Assembly (NCBI RefSeq): GCF_018350175.1
Contig: NC_058368.1
Span: forward strand, 171,494,001 to 171,558,000
Direction of reading: 5' to 3'
Source: Felis catus
Taxonomy: Eukaryota
DNA: 64,000 nt
Positions 50,976 to 63,108 of this stretch are shown piece by piece (the first letter of the stretch is position 1; each line of letters starts with the position of its first letter). A program made the translations under genes and the position numbers. The notes beneath the pieces were generated by a model that saw only the letters and a list, made by a program, of their open reading frames with translations, was not told the DNA's origin and ran no database searches.

Positions 50976-53900
50976 AAATACCAATGTTTAGAAGTTAAAG
51001 AGTGTCCATTATGAACGAGTCATTTGGAACATTGTTTTTTTTTAGAAACTGTTCTTAGATCCTTGAAGGTTCAGAAAGCTTCCAGCGACATCACAGATAG
51101 GGTCGTCCAGCAAAGCAGTAGACAGTCTCTCTGTCCTCCCTCTTTGCAAGACTGAAATTCTCTCTTGGGTCACTACTGAATCTACTTGGTACTCAGGGCA
51201 CTGGACACAGTGCTCCATGTAGTTATTAAATGATGGTAGCTGAATGAGTGAGTTCTGTCCTTACACACAAATTCAAGAAATGTAGGCAAGAGGGCAGACG
51301 CAGGAGGATTCATAATTAAATGAACAACTATACCCAGAAAGTTGTGACTAGTGGACTGACTTTAAGCTGGAAGACCCATCTCAGGGCTCCAATCCAAGCT
51401 GGTCTTTTCCTCCCTAATTTCTTAATCAATAATTTGAAAACATAAAGTACTTATCATTATTTTTACTTCAACTACCCCTATCATCTATGGAACATTATAT
51501 TTTTGTGTTAGGGTCAGTACTTGGCCTGTGTATCATCTTATATATTCCTTTCATTGTCTTTTTGAAAAAATACTTTAATTCGTTTTTGCAGATGAGAAAA
51601 CGGAGACTTTAAAAGGTTACATAGTTTTCTCAAATTTACACAGCTAGTGAGTGGCAGAGCAAGGATGCACACCTCAGCCTATCTAACTCCAAAGCCTGTC
51701 TTCTTAACCAAAATGTGTGTTATGCTTATCAAGTGTGCAGGGGATACAGAGCTATAAATGATCCAGAATATGTGGAAGGCTGTTGTGATATTTTGAATCA
51801 GGATTAAAAATAAGCTTAACAGATACCATGAGGACACAAATTATCTAAAGAGCCGATGAAGAGAAGAGACTTTAGATAGCATTAATTTTCATGTCAAAAC
51901 TTACGAACAACCCAAGAGCCAATACACAGTAGGCTAGAAGAGTTTTCCAGAGAATTGAAGCAAGATAAATGTTCAACTTGCAAATGCTGACCTAAGTATA
52001 CTTTTCCTTTAATAGCATATATTGGGAGATTTGGGGTTTGGGTTTTAGTTTCACTTTTGCCAAAATCATCTCATGCAATTGACTCCCTTTGTAAGGTCCA
52101 TGATGCCTATCCATTTAAAGGAACCTATTCATGCAAATTAATGACTTAATCTTCAGGACATTCTAAAAATCAGTATGTAGTGATATCATATTGAGTCATA
52201 TTAAACTTACCTAAGCTCAACTATATGCTCTGGGCAATAAAAATAAATTATTTTAGGTCATGGCTACTAGCTGGAAGCCAACTCTGTAATCTGGTTCTTA
52301 GCTACATGATCTGGTCTAATATGTGAGGAAAAGAAGATTGCAGGGAATATGTCGTGAGGTTGTACGTTACCCACAAATCTATACATTCTGCTCACGAGCT
52401 GGTAGTAGATTCTGAAGGGAAATTTCTGTTCATAATATTAGGTGAACAGGTTTAAAATAATGCATTCTAAAACACCCATTTCTCTCCTTATGAATAATAA
52501 ATCGAGTATCTTTTGGAACCCAACCCTCACCCAAGATGTAACTCCACTGACCTGCTGGAGCGAGGAGAGAATGATATAGTAAGTGCTACCATTTATCAAG
52601 CACTTACTGACCAAATGCAGCCAACTAACACAAGCTTTACATTATTTTTAGTACACCATTTCATGCTTACAAAACCTTATGAGACAGGTATATCTCCAAA
52701 TTTACAGTTGAGGAAAGTGAGGCACAGAGAGGTTACTGACAACCTCAAAATGAAGGACTTTCCTGGTATTTTCATAAAATGTTATTTCCTTGCAATTTCC
52801 TAATAAGTTACAAACATGGGTGTGTGTGCCTTTGTGTGTGTTTACCACTTGGACTCAGTTTCCCCATGAGCCCATAACTCAGAAATCCCTCAACTGCAAA
52901 GATTATTCACGAAGCTCTAATGTAAATATGACCCCTCTCCTTAATTCCTTCCCAACACAACGGCCCTTCCCCCATAGAGGTGTGCTCCTGGAAGGCCTCA
53001 CAGGACAGCCCTCCTTTAAAAGTGGTCCTTTATAAAGTGGAGATGGAAGATGTGAATGAAGCTTGGCACAGTTCTAAAAACGAGGCCTAATTACAGCACT
53101 CCAGAGAAGCACAGGAAAGGTCCACTTCGCCTCCTCTTTTCTCACTCTTCTGAGTGCAGTCCAGAATCAAGACAAAAGAATCTAAGGAAAACCATGAAAG
53201 GATGGAATAGGAACAAAACCACAGACCACCTTCGTTATCAAAGACACAATTTCCAAGGTTTTGAATAACGCATTCAGCTTTCCTTGAGCCAGTGATACGG
53301 GTTCACTAAGAAAGCTGACCACTTAGAGTTAAGTCAGGGAAAATGCTTTTGCTTGCTACCACATACAGTCTAGTGGAGTTCAGTGAAAACCTAACACTAC
53401 TGCCTGCTCTTTATAAGCCACTTTCAAATGTTGGCAAGGACTATTTTTAATAATATAATCAATACCAACTGGAAATTCTGCCATAACTGAAATAAAATAT
53501 TTGATGATGAAGGTGAAAGAATACACTGTGAAACCCTGTTGTTGTTGTTGTTTTTCTCCTTTATACGGAAAGCAATTATCTTTTCATTTCCTGTGGAGAT
53601 AAACAAAAGCCCTGGACAACTCACATTTAAGCTATAACCAAATAAAGAGAAATAACTGGCTCTTCAAATTTGTATTTACATATGCAAACTGAGTATCAAA
53701 ATATCCTTCTTTTACACAGTTCAAACGGCTACTGACTACAAAGGCCAAATGCAGTCTTCACAATAATGATACAGAAATATCCCATCACAGCAGATGCAAA
53801 ATCTATCATCATGTCACCCGGGTTCATGCCATTGTTCACACACATCTATCATCAGACACTGATCTTCCTCATGCAATGCTAGTTTAAATTTAACTCTCAG

Positions 53901-54020
53901 TGGAGATGCATTACAAAACAAGGTAGACACACATCCAAATGTTTGACCCCAGTTTGTATTAAATAAAGCCCTCTGTATATGCCATACATGAATTGTTCAA
54001 AAGCAAAGTCAATACTATAC

Positions 54021-54099
54021 CTGGTTATTTCTTCTTTAAGCTTACATGGATCTTCAGCATAGAATTTAATACCAAAATACAAAGTATATGGAGGTCCAG
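54021..54099 (-). CDS. EPB41L4A: EPB41L4A coding exon (~exon 4): (T)[25 protein letters not shown](R)
   Basis: tattttag|CTGGACCT...ATAACCAG|gtatag; 79 nt; band 4.1 motif [20 protein letters not shown]; partly visible in ORF 53897..54082. Confidence 0.96.
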
Positions 54100-54735
54100 C
54101 TAAAATAAGAAAAGTTAAATTTCATATTAAAAATTAGTCAAAGTAGAAGTGTAATATCATACAACTATTAAAAATTACACTCACCAAAAATATTTGCAAA
54201 CTGCATATTCAATAAGGGGCTAATACCCAAAATACATGAGGAACCCCTACAAGTCAATAGCAAAAAACAAACCAATTTAAAAATGGGGAAAGGACCAGAA
54301 TAGACATTTTTCTAAAGAAGACATACAAATGCCCAACAGACACATGAAAAGATACTCAACATCACTAATCATCAGGGAAATGCAAATCAAAACCATGAGA
54401 TATCACCAGACGCCTATGAGAATGGCAATTAGCAATAGGACAAAAGTGTTGGTGAGGATATGGACAAAAGGGAACCCTTGTATACTGTTGCTAGGAATGT
54501 AAATTGGTTCAGCCATTATGGAAACAGTATGTAAATCCTCAGAAAATTAAAAAAAGAATTACAACATGATCCAGCAATCCCACTACTGTGTATTTATCCA
54601 AAGGAAATGAAATGAGGATCTCGGGGATGTATGTGCTCTCCCATGTTCATTGCAGCATTAATCATAATAGCTAAGATATAGAAGCAACGTAAGTGTCCAT
54701 CAGTGAACTAATGGATACTATCTACATATATCACA

Positions 54736-54736
<1 letters not shown>

Positions 54737-54776
<40 letters not shown>
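54737..54776. repeat. (CA)n microsatellite inside L1 (a second one lies at ~55089-55122)
   Basis: Directly visible. Confidence 0.95.
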
Positions 54777-54778
<2 letters not shown>

Positions 54779-55084
54779 AATATTATTCAGCCATAAAAAA
54801 GAAAGAAATCTTCTCATTTGAGACAACATGGATGAACCTGGAGAACACTATGCAAGGTGAAATAAGCCAGACACAGAGAAAAAATAATACTGCCTGATCT
54901 CACTCATATATGGAATCTAAAATAGTCACATACATAGATGCAGAGAGTAAAATGGTGGTTGCCAGGGAATCTGGGAGGGAGAAATGAGGAGATGTTGGCC
55001 AAAGGGTACAAAGTTTCAGTTATGCTAGATGAGTGAGTTCTGGGGATCTAATGAACAGCATGTGTCTACAGTTAATGATAACAT

Positions 55085-55125
<41 letters not shown>

Positions 55126-55202
55126 TGCACGCAATTATGCAGAGGTGATAGATAAGTTATTTAACTTGATTGTGATGATCTTTTTATGGTATATACATAC
55201 AT

Positions 55203-55433
55203 TGATCAGCACGGGAGTTTTGACCTGCTCTGTTTCCGACCTGGGTTGGTTCACCCCTCCTTAGGCAACCTGGTGGTCCCGCACTCCCGGGAGGTCACCA
55301 TATTGATGCCGAACTTAGTGCGGACACCCGATGGGCATAGCGCACTATAGCCCAGAACTCCTGGGCTCAAGCGATCCTCCTGCCTCAGCCTCCTGAGTAG
55401 CTGGGACTACAGGCGGGTGCCACCGTGCCCGGC
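55203..55433 (-). pseudogene. RN7SL: 7SL (SRP) RNA retropseudogene, intact 5' end, 3'-truncated at ~nt 231, no poly(A)
   Basis: Minus strand reads GCCGGGCACGGTGGCACCCGCCTGTAGTCCCAGCTACTC...GTCCGCACTAAGTTCGGCATCAATATGGTGACCTCCCGGG...GAGCAGGTCAAAACTCCCGTGCTGATCA. It includes the S domain, so it is 7SL rather than Alu. Confidence 0.95.
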
Positions 55434-55527
55434 TCATATATTGAAACATTCAACTGTGCGCCTTAAATTTATATAATTTTTATATGTTAAAGGTACCTCA
55501 ATAAAGTTGTTTTAAAAATTACACTCA

Positions 55528-55728
55528 TGGGGCCCCCCCGGGGGCTCAGTCAGCTCAACGTCTGACTTGATTTCAGCTCAAGCCATTATCTTGTGGTTCC
55601 TGGAATCAAGCCCCACACCAGGCTCTGCGCTGACAGTGCAGAGACTGCCTGGGATTCTCTCTCTCCCTTTCTCTGCCCCTGCCCCATGCACACACTTGCT
55701 CACTCTTTCTAGAAATAAATAAACTTTA
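55528..55728 (+). mobile_element. Older Can-SINE abutting the L1 3' TSD
   Basis: SINE body; flanked by aaaaattacactca / aaaaattatactaa. Confidence 0.88.
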
Positions 55729-56242
55729 AAAAATTATACTAAGAACTTTTAAACACCCAAGAAAATATAAAATAAAAAATAGGATTGAGAATTATGTAAC
55801 AGTAGGACAACTATTGGTATTTAAGTAGGTACACATCTATGTGTTCATGAACACAGGAAAAAAAGAGAAGATCAAATATATCAGAATGTTACCAGTTCTT
55901 ATCTATGGTTAGTGAGGTTATGCACAGTTTTTATTTATTCATAATTTTCCCATTTTCACATTTTCTACAACATACATGTATTTTTCTTCATAATGAAGAA
56001 AATTTAATGATAAAACAAATGGTTTTTAAACCACCCACCTATTACTATTGCAAAAAGTACAAAAATATGCATCTGTAAAAAGCTGATACAAATAAACGGA
56101 TATAGTATCCAAACTTAAATGCTTAGCAGCAGGTGGACCGTTTATGTCAACCCCAGGAAGTATATATGGCACCCTGCAACTGTTTAAATGGGCAGAGGGA
56201 GAACTCCATGTGCTGACTGGGAAAGATTTCTAATCTATTTCT

Positions 56243-56451
56243 TTTTTTTTTTTTTAATTTTTGGGACAGAGAGAGAGAGACAGAGCATGAACGGGGGAGG
56301 GGCAGAGAGAGAGGGAGACACAGAATCGGAAACAGGCTCCAGGCTCCGAGCCATCAGCCCAGAGCCTGACGCGGAGCTCGAACTCTCGGAGCACGAGATC
56401 GTGACCTGGCTGAAGTCGGACGCTTAACTGACTGCGCCACCCAGGCGCCCC
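56243..56451 (-). mobile_element. Young SINEC_Fc-like Can-SINE
   Basis: TSD ctaatctatttct 56230-56242 / 56454-56466. Confidence 0.94.
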
Positions 56452-56582
56452 AACTAATCTATTTCTGATGGCAGAAATATCCCTTTTGTGAAGAAGAAAT
56501 TATCTATGGAAAGTATGTATTCCACCCTAGAAGAATACACAAGAAAAGACACTGGCAAACTTTGAGAAGCAGAACTGGGAAC

Positions 56583-56770
56583 TTTTTTTCCACAGCTTTC
56601 ATGAGGTATAACTGACAAATTAAATTGCAACACATTTAAAATGTGCAATGTGATGATTTGCTATATGTAAACATTATGAAAGGATTCGCCTATAACACAT
56701 TTGTCCTTCACATATTTACATATTTACTTTTTTTTATTTGTGTGTGAGAACATTTAAATTCCACTCTTAG
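56583..56770 (-). mobile_element. L1MA-like 3' end
   Basis: ttttttccacagctttcatgaggtataactgaca...acatttaaattccactcttag. Confidence 0.7.
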
Positions 56771-56904
56771 AAAAACTAATAATTTTCTTTCCATATGTAT
56801 CTCTAACCTTTAAAAAAAAAAAAAGATCATCAGTGAGGCTATGTGGTAGGATTATAAGCAATATTTGTCTCATTCGTAAACTTTTCTGAATCTAAGAATG
56901 TGGG

Positions 56905-57115
56905 TTTTTAAATTTTATTTATTTATTAAAAAATTTTTTTTTTGAGAGAGAGAGAGAGAGAGCAAGCAGGGAGGGGCAGAGTGAGGGGGAGAGACAGAAT
57001 CTCAAGCAGGCTCCGCACTTAGCACGGAGCCTGATGCAGGGCTCAATCTCATGACCCTGGGATCAAGACCTGAGCTGAAATCAAGAGTCAGACACCCAAC
57101 CCACCCAGGCGCCCC
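56905..57115 (-). mobile_element. Can-SINE (older)
   Basis: Antisense body; flanks taagaatgtg / tgagaatgtg. Confidence 0.86.
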
Positions 57116-58950
57116 TGAGAATGTGTTCTTATATATTTAAGAAGACATTTCTCATCTCAATCATTTACTACACACAGAAGAACAATGTGCACAAATACCA
57201 AAAAAAAAAAAAAAAAAAAAACAATGTGCACAAATATATATATATATGGAATAAAGCTGGAATTGTACTTACATGGGGAAACATAAAATATAATTCAGCA
57301 TTCATATTGTGAAAGAGAACACAAGCCCCCTGGGTGCCAAAAACATCATATTATGCTCTCACTAGACATATTTCTATTTCAGAGGGTCTGAATCTAACCT
57401 GTACTGTTTCCAAAACTTCTGTGCAGTGTAGTAACTAGATCTTATATTAAATCTGTTTTAAAATGTATTTCTTACCTGGTATATTAATCAGTGGTCATAA
57501 TTTCTAATTTTTTTCTTCAACAAAAGCTCTCCCACACAAAAAAGGATGTCAAGTATACATGTCAGTAAAAATATTTCCACTTACATATTGTGACCCCAAG
57601 TCTCTGACAGTGTGTAACTGACACAAAGTAACCCCAGTCTATTTTCATTTTTACTGAGTAGAAAAAAAGGGACAAATTTAGAGGCTGGGGAAAGGAAGTT
57701 AAGCTGAACAGGTCAAAAAGTCATAATGCATTTTTAATATACAAATTTTGTTATTATTTATTGTTATCATGACACACATGTGCTGTGTCTGTGGAAGCCC
57801 TGTTCCTGGCATACAGAAGTTAACCGACAGTAGGGCCTTGCTCCTCTCCCCTCATCTATGCCTTTCTGGACAAGATGTTCCTTAAGCTAGAGCTTTTTTA
57901 AAAACTGAATTTAAAAATTTTTTGTTATAATTTTTTAGCATTAGAGTTGATTCCATATGTTTAATTTCTATGATCACTTAATCACTATGTTTATATTTCT
58001 GACAAATACACCTTTACCCCTGAACATCGATGTCAGGGAGGCACAGATTATTAAATATTTAGAAGAACCAGGAAGTCCACCGTCTGCTGATCCATCTCTG
58101 TCAGTCAGCTCTGTGTTGCTGAGCAGATGGGTCCGCCTGTGCCTGCAGGCCACGGGGGGCTGGGATCTAGGGGCCGGGAGGAGCACAGATGCTGTGGAGA
58201 CAGTGCACAAAGGGAAGAAGGCTCTGTCCAGATTCCAGAGTTGCTTTTATTCTCTGCAACGTGACAGATTACACCCTACTGACCAAGCCTCGCCGCTTCA
58301 AACGTGCTTAATGATGAGCAGTTAAGCAGAAGTTCAAAAAATACACAATTAAAAACATTCAGTTTTGGCAAATTTTCTTTAAGGACTTTTGGCTCAAATC
58401 AGCTATTTCCCACTTGCATATAAAATGGTTTGTGTTCTAAATATAAGGCATCACTACTATTTGACTGCATTTGATAATGTATAAAAACATTTCGTAAGCA
58501 TGTGATTTTGCAAAACCACCTGGTAACATAGGGAAGACAGGTAAATATCCAAAGTGGTAAACAACATGGCCAAGATCACAAGGTTGAGAACCAAGTTTGC
58601 TAATACCTAGAGTTCAGTGCTTTATGGCCACTATTCCTTATAGCCTCTCAGGGAAAAGAATTATAATGCCTTCAGAGTAAGCAAATACTTTCACACACAT
58701 CACTGTTTTATAGATCAATCTAAGGCTATAGAAATGGAAACTCTGGAGCAAGGATACATCTGATCAGATATTTTTTGGCTTCCTGTTCTACGACTGACTA
58801 TAAATATTAGGCACTGATGAAGAAAACTCCTAAGTTATTATTATCTTGAATCTCTTTCAACAGAATCTACCTTTAAGAAATATTCATGTAAAGTAAATTA
58901 ATATTGTTTAGTTTAGCAAAAAATACAGAAGTCAGAAAATGGAAATCCTT

Positions 58951-59177
58951 GGGGCGCCTGGGTGGAGCAGTCGGTTAAGCGTCCGACTTCAGCCAGGTCA
59001 CGATCTCGCCGTCCGTGAGTTCGAGCCCCGTGTCAGGCTCTGGGCTGATGGCTCAGAGCCTGGAGCCTGTTTCCGATTCTGTGTCTCCCTCTCTCTCTGC
59101 CCCTCCCCCGTTCATGCTCTGTCTCTCTCTGTCCCAAAAATAAATAAACGTTGAAAAAAAAATTAAAAAAAAAAAAA
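58951..59177 (+). mobile_element. Young SINEC_Fc-like Can-SINE
   Basis: Perfect TSD agaaaatggaaatcct 58934-58949 / 59178-59193. Confidence 0.95.
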
Positions 59178-60654
59178 AGAAAATGGAAATCCTCTACTAT
59201 ACCTTTTGTGACTAATTTCAAGGCCTTTAATAATAGTAAGTCTTCAATGAGAAGGAGAAATATCAAGAAATATCAAGAAAAATCAAAACTCACCCATGAG
59301 AATCCTGGTAATTAGCAAATACTCCATCATTATTACAGACATTCTTTCTGACTGATCTACTTGAGGCATGACAGCCATTTTCCTTCATTAATTATCAAAT
59401 TATTTCATGAGATGAAATATAAAGATTATGTATTCTTTAGTTACATCATCTTCCTTTACTATCGGTGTTTTATTCTTACTATGCATCAAATTTTTGATAG
59501 GAAGATATTTATTTAGGATTAAAAAGCAATTATACAGATTTAGATATTTAAAAAGAATATTTCATACCATGTGAAGAAATAAATACTTCAAATGTACTTA
59601 GGAACACTAATAGTGTACCCTAAATAATTTACACTTTTCTTCACCACTTGGATAGAAATCTCAACTTATTAATAAAGACCCTGTGAGTTTGTTTTAAAAT
59701 AATCATTCCTGACATTTTTCTAATTTTTAAACTGGTATTTATTTTAAGTATTTGGTTCAAAAAGATAGATTTACTATATTTATTACTATACCTGAATTTT
59801 GGAGGGAAGTACAGATTTCTACCTCCTGAAGGATGGCACTTTTTAAATTGGCACTCCCACCATTTATATGCAGATACCTCATGGAAGTTGCCTGCATTCA
59901 TAGCTCACTCCTTGCATCTTCATCCCTCCCCTCTTGGCCTTTAGTAGGCAGCTCATTCAGGAAGAGGACTAGAAATACAGAAGCACTGAAAATCAGAAGA
60001 CTTCTGCTACCAACTAGCTTCTCACCCATGGCAAGTCATGAACCCCTTATGAATTACGACTTACTCCTGCGTAGGCTGAGTAGGCAGAACTTGGTGATAC
60101 CTAAGGTATATATTTTGAGCGTTCTTTCCCACCCCCACAGGCTGGCCCCAAGCCCCCTTTTCTGAAACCATTGCCCAATCTAATCCAGAATGCCCCCTAG
60201 CAGCTATGTTTGTATTGACCTTGAAGAAGCCCAGACATGGCCAAATAGACTGAGGTGAGTTCCTGACTCAAACTGGGCTAGTCAGATGTACCCTCCCATA
60301 GAACTGCGACCTGCATTCAGAGACAGCCAGTCAAGTCTGCCTGTGGCTACAGCTGTAACCTGGAAACTGTGGAGGCTTCCCCCATAGACATGGATAAACA
60401 GAGAGAAACAAAAATGATGCTAATGTTCAGAGAAATAGTACTTGCTGAGTTCCTGATAGTTTTGCAATTCCTAGTTTCCAGTTCCTTTCTGAGGCACAGC
60501 TTTGTTCCTGCCCTTCAGGTCCGTGAAGCGACCAATTTTATCACCATGAATAAGCCATTATATAAACACATGAAGTACAGATTCAGAATGGGGAGTCATA
60601 CAGGCCCAATGAATCTACTACATCTTATTAGAAATAATTTTCACATTAAAGCAA

Positions 60655-60803
60655 AATAGTTTAATGAGTACAAAGTTTCAGTTTGGGATGATGGAAAATT
60701 TTTGGAGAAAGTAGTAATGGTTGCACAATGAATGTATTTAATGCCACTCAAAAGTGGTTAACATGGTACATTTTATGTTATATATTTTATCATATTTTTA
60801 AAA
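60655..60803 (+). mobile_element. L1MB-like 3' end fragment
   Basis: tttaatgagtacaaagtttcagtttgggatgatggaaaat...catggtacattttatgttatatattttatc. Confidence 0.7.
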
Positions 60804-61437
60804 GGATAATTAAAATATAACTACCCTTTCACATACTTAAGGATCACATGTATGTGCACGTGGGCATATACTTTTATAAATAAAAATCTGTGTTATGGAG
60901 TATAACCTTAATTATACTCTCAGTTACCTAATAAGATTCATATTGCTAAAACTAAAAGGTAGTCCCTATAAACAGATGGATCCTTTCTGCAGTCATAGAA
61001 ATCTTTCAGGACATAAGGGCAGTCCTTAATTACTGCCTCAGCAAATAAGAGTGTGAATGACAAAACCACTCCTTAACCCAAGAAACTCAAGCTCTTTAGA
61101 AGGTCAGATGTCCACCTTTTCTTCCAAATCAATGCCTCTCTACATTTTAATGTGAAATTTTAAGACAAGAAAATTTTAAAAATCACTGACAAGTCAAGCA
61201 CAGGCATACCCAAGCCAAATTCAATATTTAGATCCAGTCAGTTTCTTTGTAACCAAAAATTTAATCGGGGTTTGGAGTCAGAGTCTGGCAATGCACACAA
61301 CACTCATTTCCATATTCTGGTACTCGAGTACTAGTACTCATTCCTGTAGCACTAAAGCGTATCTCTGCATCCAACTAATCACAGACATTGTATCATTTTC
61401 AAGGCACCCCTTAAAAAAATTAACATTAAATACCTAC

Positions 61438-61489
61438 TGTTGATTAGTTCTTTGTGTTCAGCAAGGGTTTTTGCAGGATCCAGCCAATA
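61438..61489 (-). CDS. EPB41L4A: EPB41L4A coding exon (~exon 3), FERM N-lobe: YWLDPAKTLAEHKELIN(T)
   Basis: Minus strand reads cccctcacag|TATTGGCTG...ATCAACA|gtaggt; 52 nt; peptide matches recalled EPB41L4A; phase joins the next exon (A|CT = Thr). Confidence 0.95.
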
Positions 61490-63108
61490 CTGTGAGGGGG
61501 AAAAAAAGGGTGATTATAGACATTAGTTGTTTTTCATTGGCCTTCACTTTAAGAATATTTGCCAAGTGTTATTTGAAATGAAATTTAAATGCTTAATAAA
61601 TATTTAACTTATTACATATATACAGAAATATACTTAAGAGCTTTCTGTGGCTAGAACACTAGAAGAAAAATGATGCTGATGTTCAGAGAGGAGCAGAGAA
61701 GAGAAACAGTAGTTGTAGGTTCTTGGTTAAGTTCTCATGCTGATTATAAGGTCAGTAATTTCAAGATGCTGATGAGCTGGAAAACAATGGTTGCAGAGAA
61801 TGCTCCCCAAGTCTCTTTCCAAAGTCCCATCACAACCGCCCTACAGCCATTTCTCCTTCAAATGCCCTCACCCTCTTCACTTGCGGCCCCATCCCTTATA
61901 GGTAGTACGGCTAGATATTAGGAAGAAAGCAAACAAATTAAATCAAATCCTTATCAAGTATCCAGGAAAGGCAACTCAGCACAGTGGCTGAGGGTCCCAG
62001 TCCCAGAGCAGACCCAGCTGGATTTGGTCCTGGCTCTTCCTTCATCATCACCATGGAACCTGGAACAAGTTACTTGACTTCTCCAAACATTCTTCATAGG
62101 CTTGCTGTGAGGATTAAATACATGAATTCCTAAAGTCTTTAGAATAGTCCCTGGTTCATACTAAATATGCAGCACATACTAGTGATGATTATTATTAAGG
62201 TCTGAGGGTCAAATTCTTATTAAATGTCTTTAGCCAGTCTAAGGTACTTGTTTATGAATTCAAGTTAATCTTTGAGGAACAGAAATTTAGATAGTAATAG
62301 GAGAATTTTTGGCCCTAGTGAGAGGCCTTCCTTAAATCTTACTTTTCTGAAATAAAATCACTTTAAAAAAAGAAAAAAAAGGAACAATCCTCTATCCCTG
62401 CCCCTCCATGTGGGGGAACAGCAAGGGAGAAGCAATAAAGCACAGGGGGGAGCATCAGAGTCTCCCATAGAAGTGCACAGCAGAAGGGCTTCCGGTGCCC
62501 TGCGGGTCAAGGGTTGGAGGTCCCAAGGGCCAAACTGACCAGTTTCCATTTTCACACATTCCTCAATGTAGAGGCAATTCTCACAACAGGGAGTAGGAGC
62601 TGGTTCACCTTGAGCCACTTTATTCCCAGCACTTTTGTGTTTACCATGGTGAAAACATTCACACTCTCCTGACACCTCTGGGTCAGGAATCACAGGTCAC
62701 AGGAGGATCCAAGAGAATCTTCCTGCCAGGTTCCCCTTTCCCTGCCCCTTCACTGAGGGGAGAAGTACCTGATCTGTTGTACAATAATAGCAGTAAGTAT
62801 ACAGTGTAATTGTAATATCTTATACAACCCCCTCACCTCTTATTCCTAGAACAATTATTCACACTAAATGTATGTCATAGTCATATTATTATGATTTTAT
62901 TACAGTACTGAAGTCTATCCCCTGTATGTATCATCTTCACGATTTTCCACTCATACAGCAATTACTGTTTTTCCATGTTTTTAAAAGGTAAAGTAACCAA
63001 TATAGGTAAGTGTAGTCACTTGTAACACAATTCTCATTATTCTGATCCTTATCATTTCTCAATTTTTAAAGGTGTAGAATCACTCACTTTTAAAATAAAG
63101 GCATTTGA

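Larger units (their letters stand above)
54184..55511 (+). mobile_element. 5'-truncated L1 (ORF2 end + 3'UTR; L1MA/L1_Carn-like), interrupted by (CA)n tracts and the 7SL copy
   Basis: L1 hallmarks (tagacatttttctaaagaagacatacaaatg..., ccagcaatcccactactg..., cctcaataaag 3' end); perfect flanking repeat ttaaaaattacactca at 54168-54183 and 55512-55527. Confidence 0.9.

Noticed and set aside
55300..55433. Alu-like sequence suggesting primate contamination or horizontal transfer
   Set aside because: It continues into the 7SL S domain, which Alu lacks, and is embedded with a TSD in an L1 next to Can-SINEs; it is a native 7SL retrocopy.
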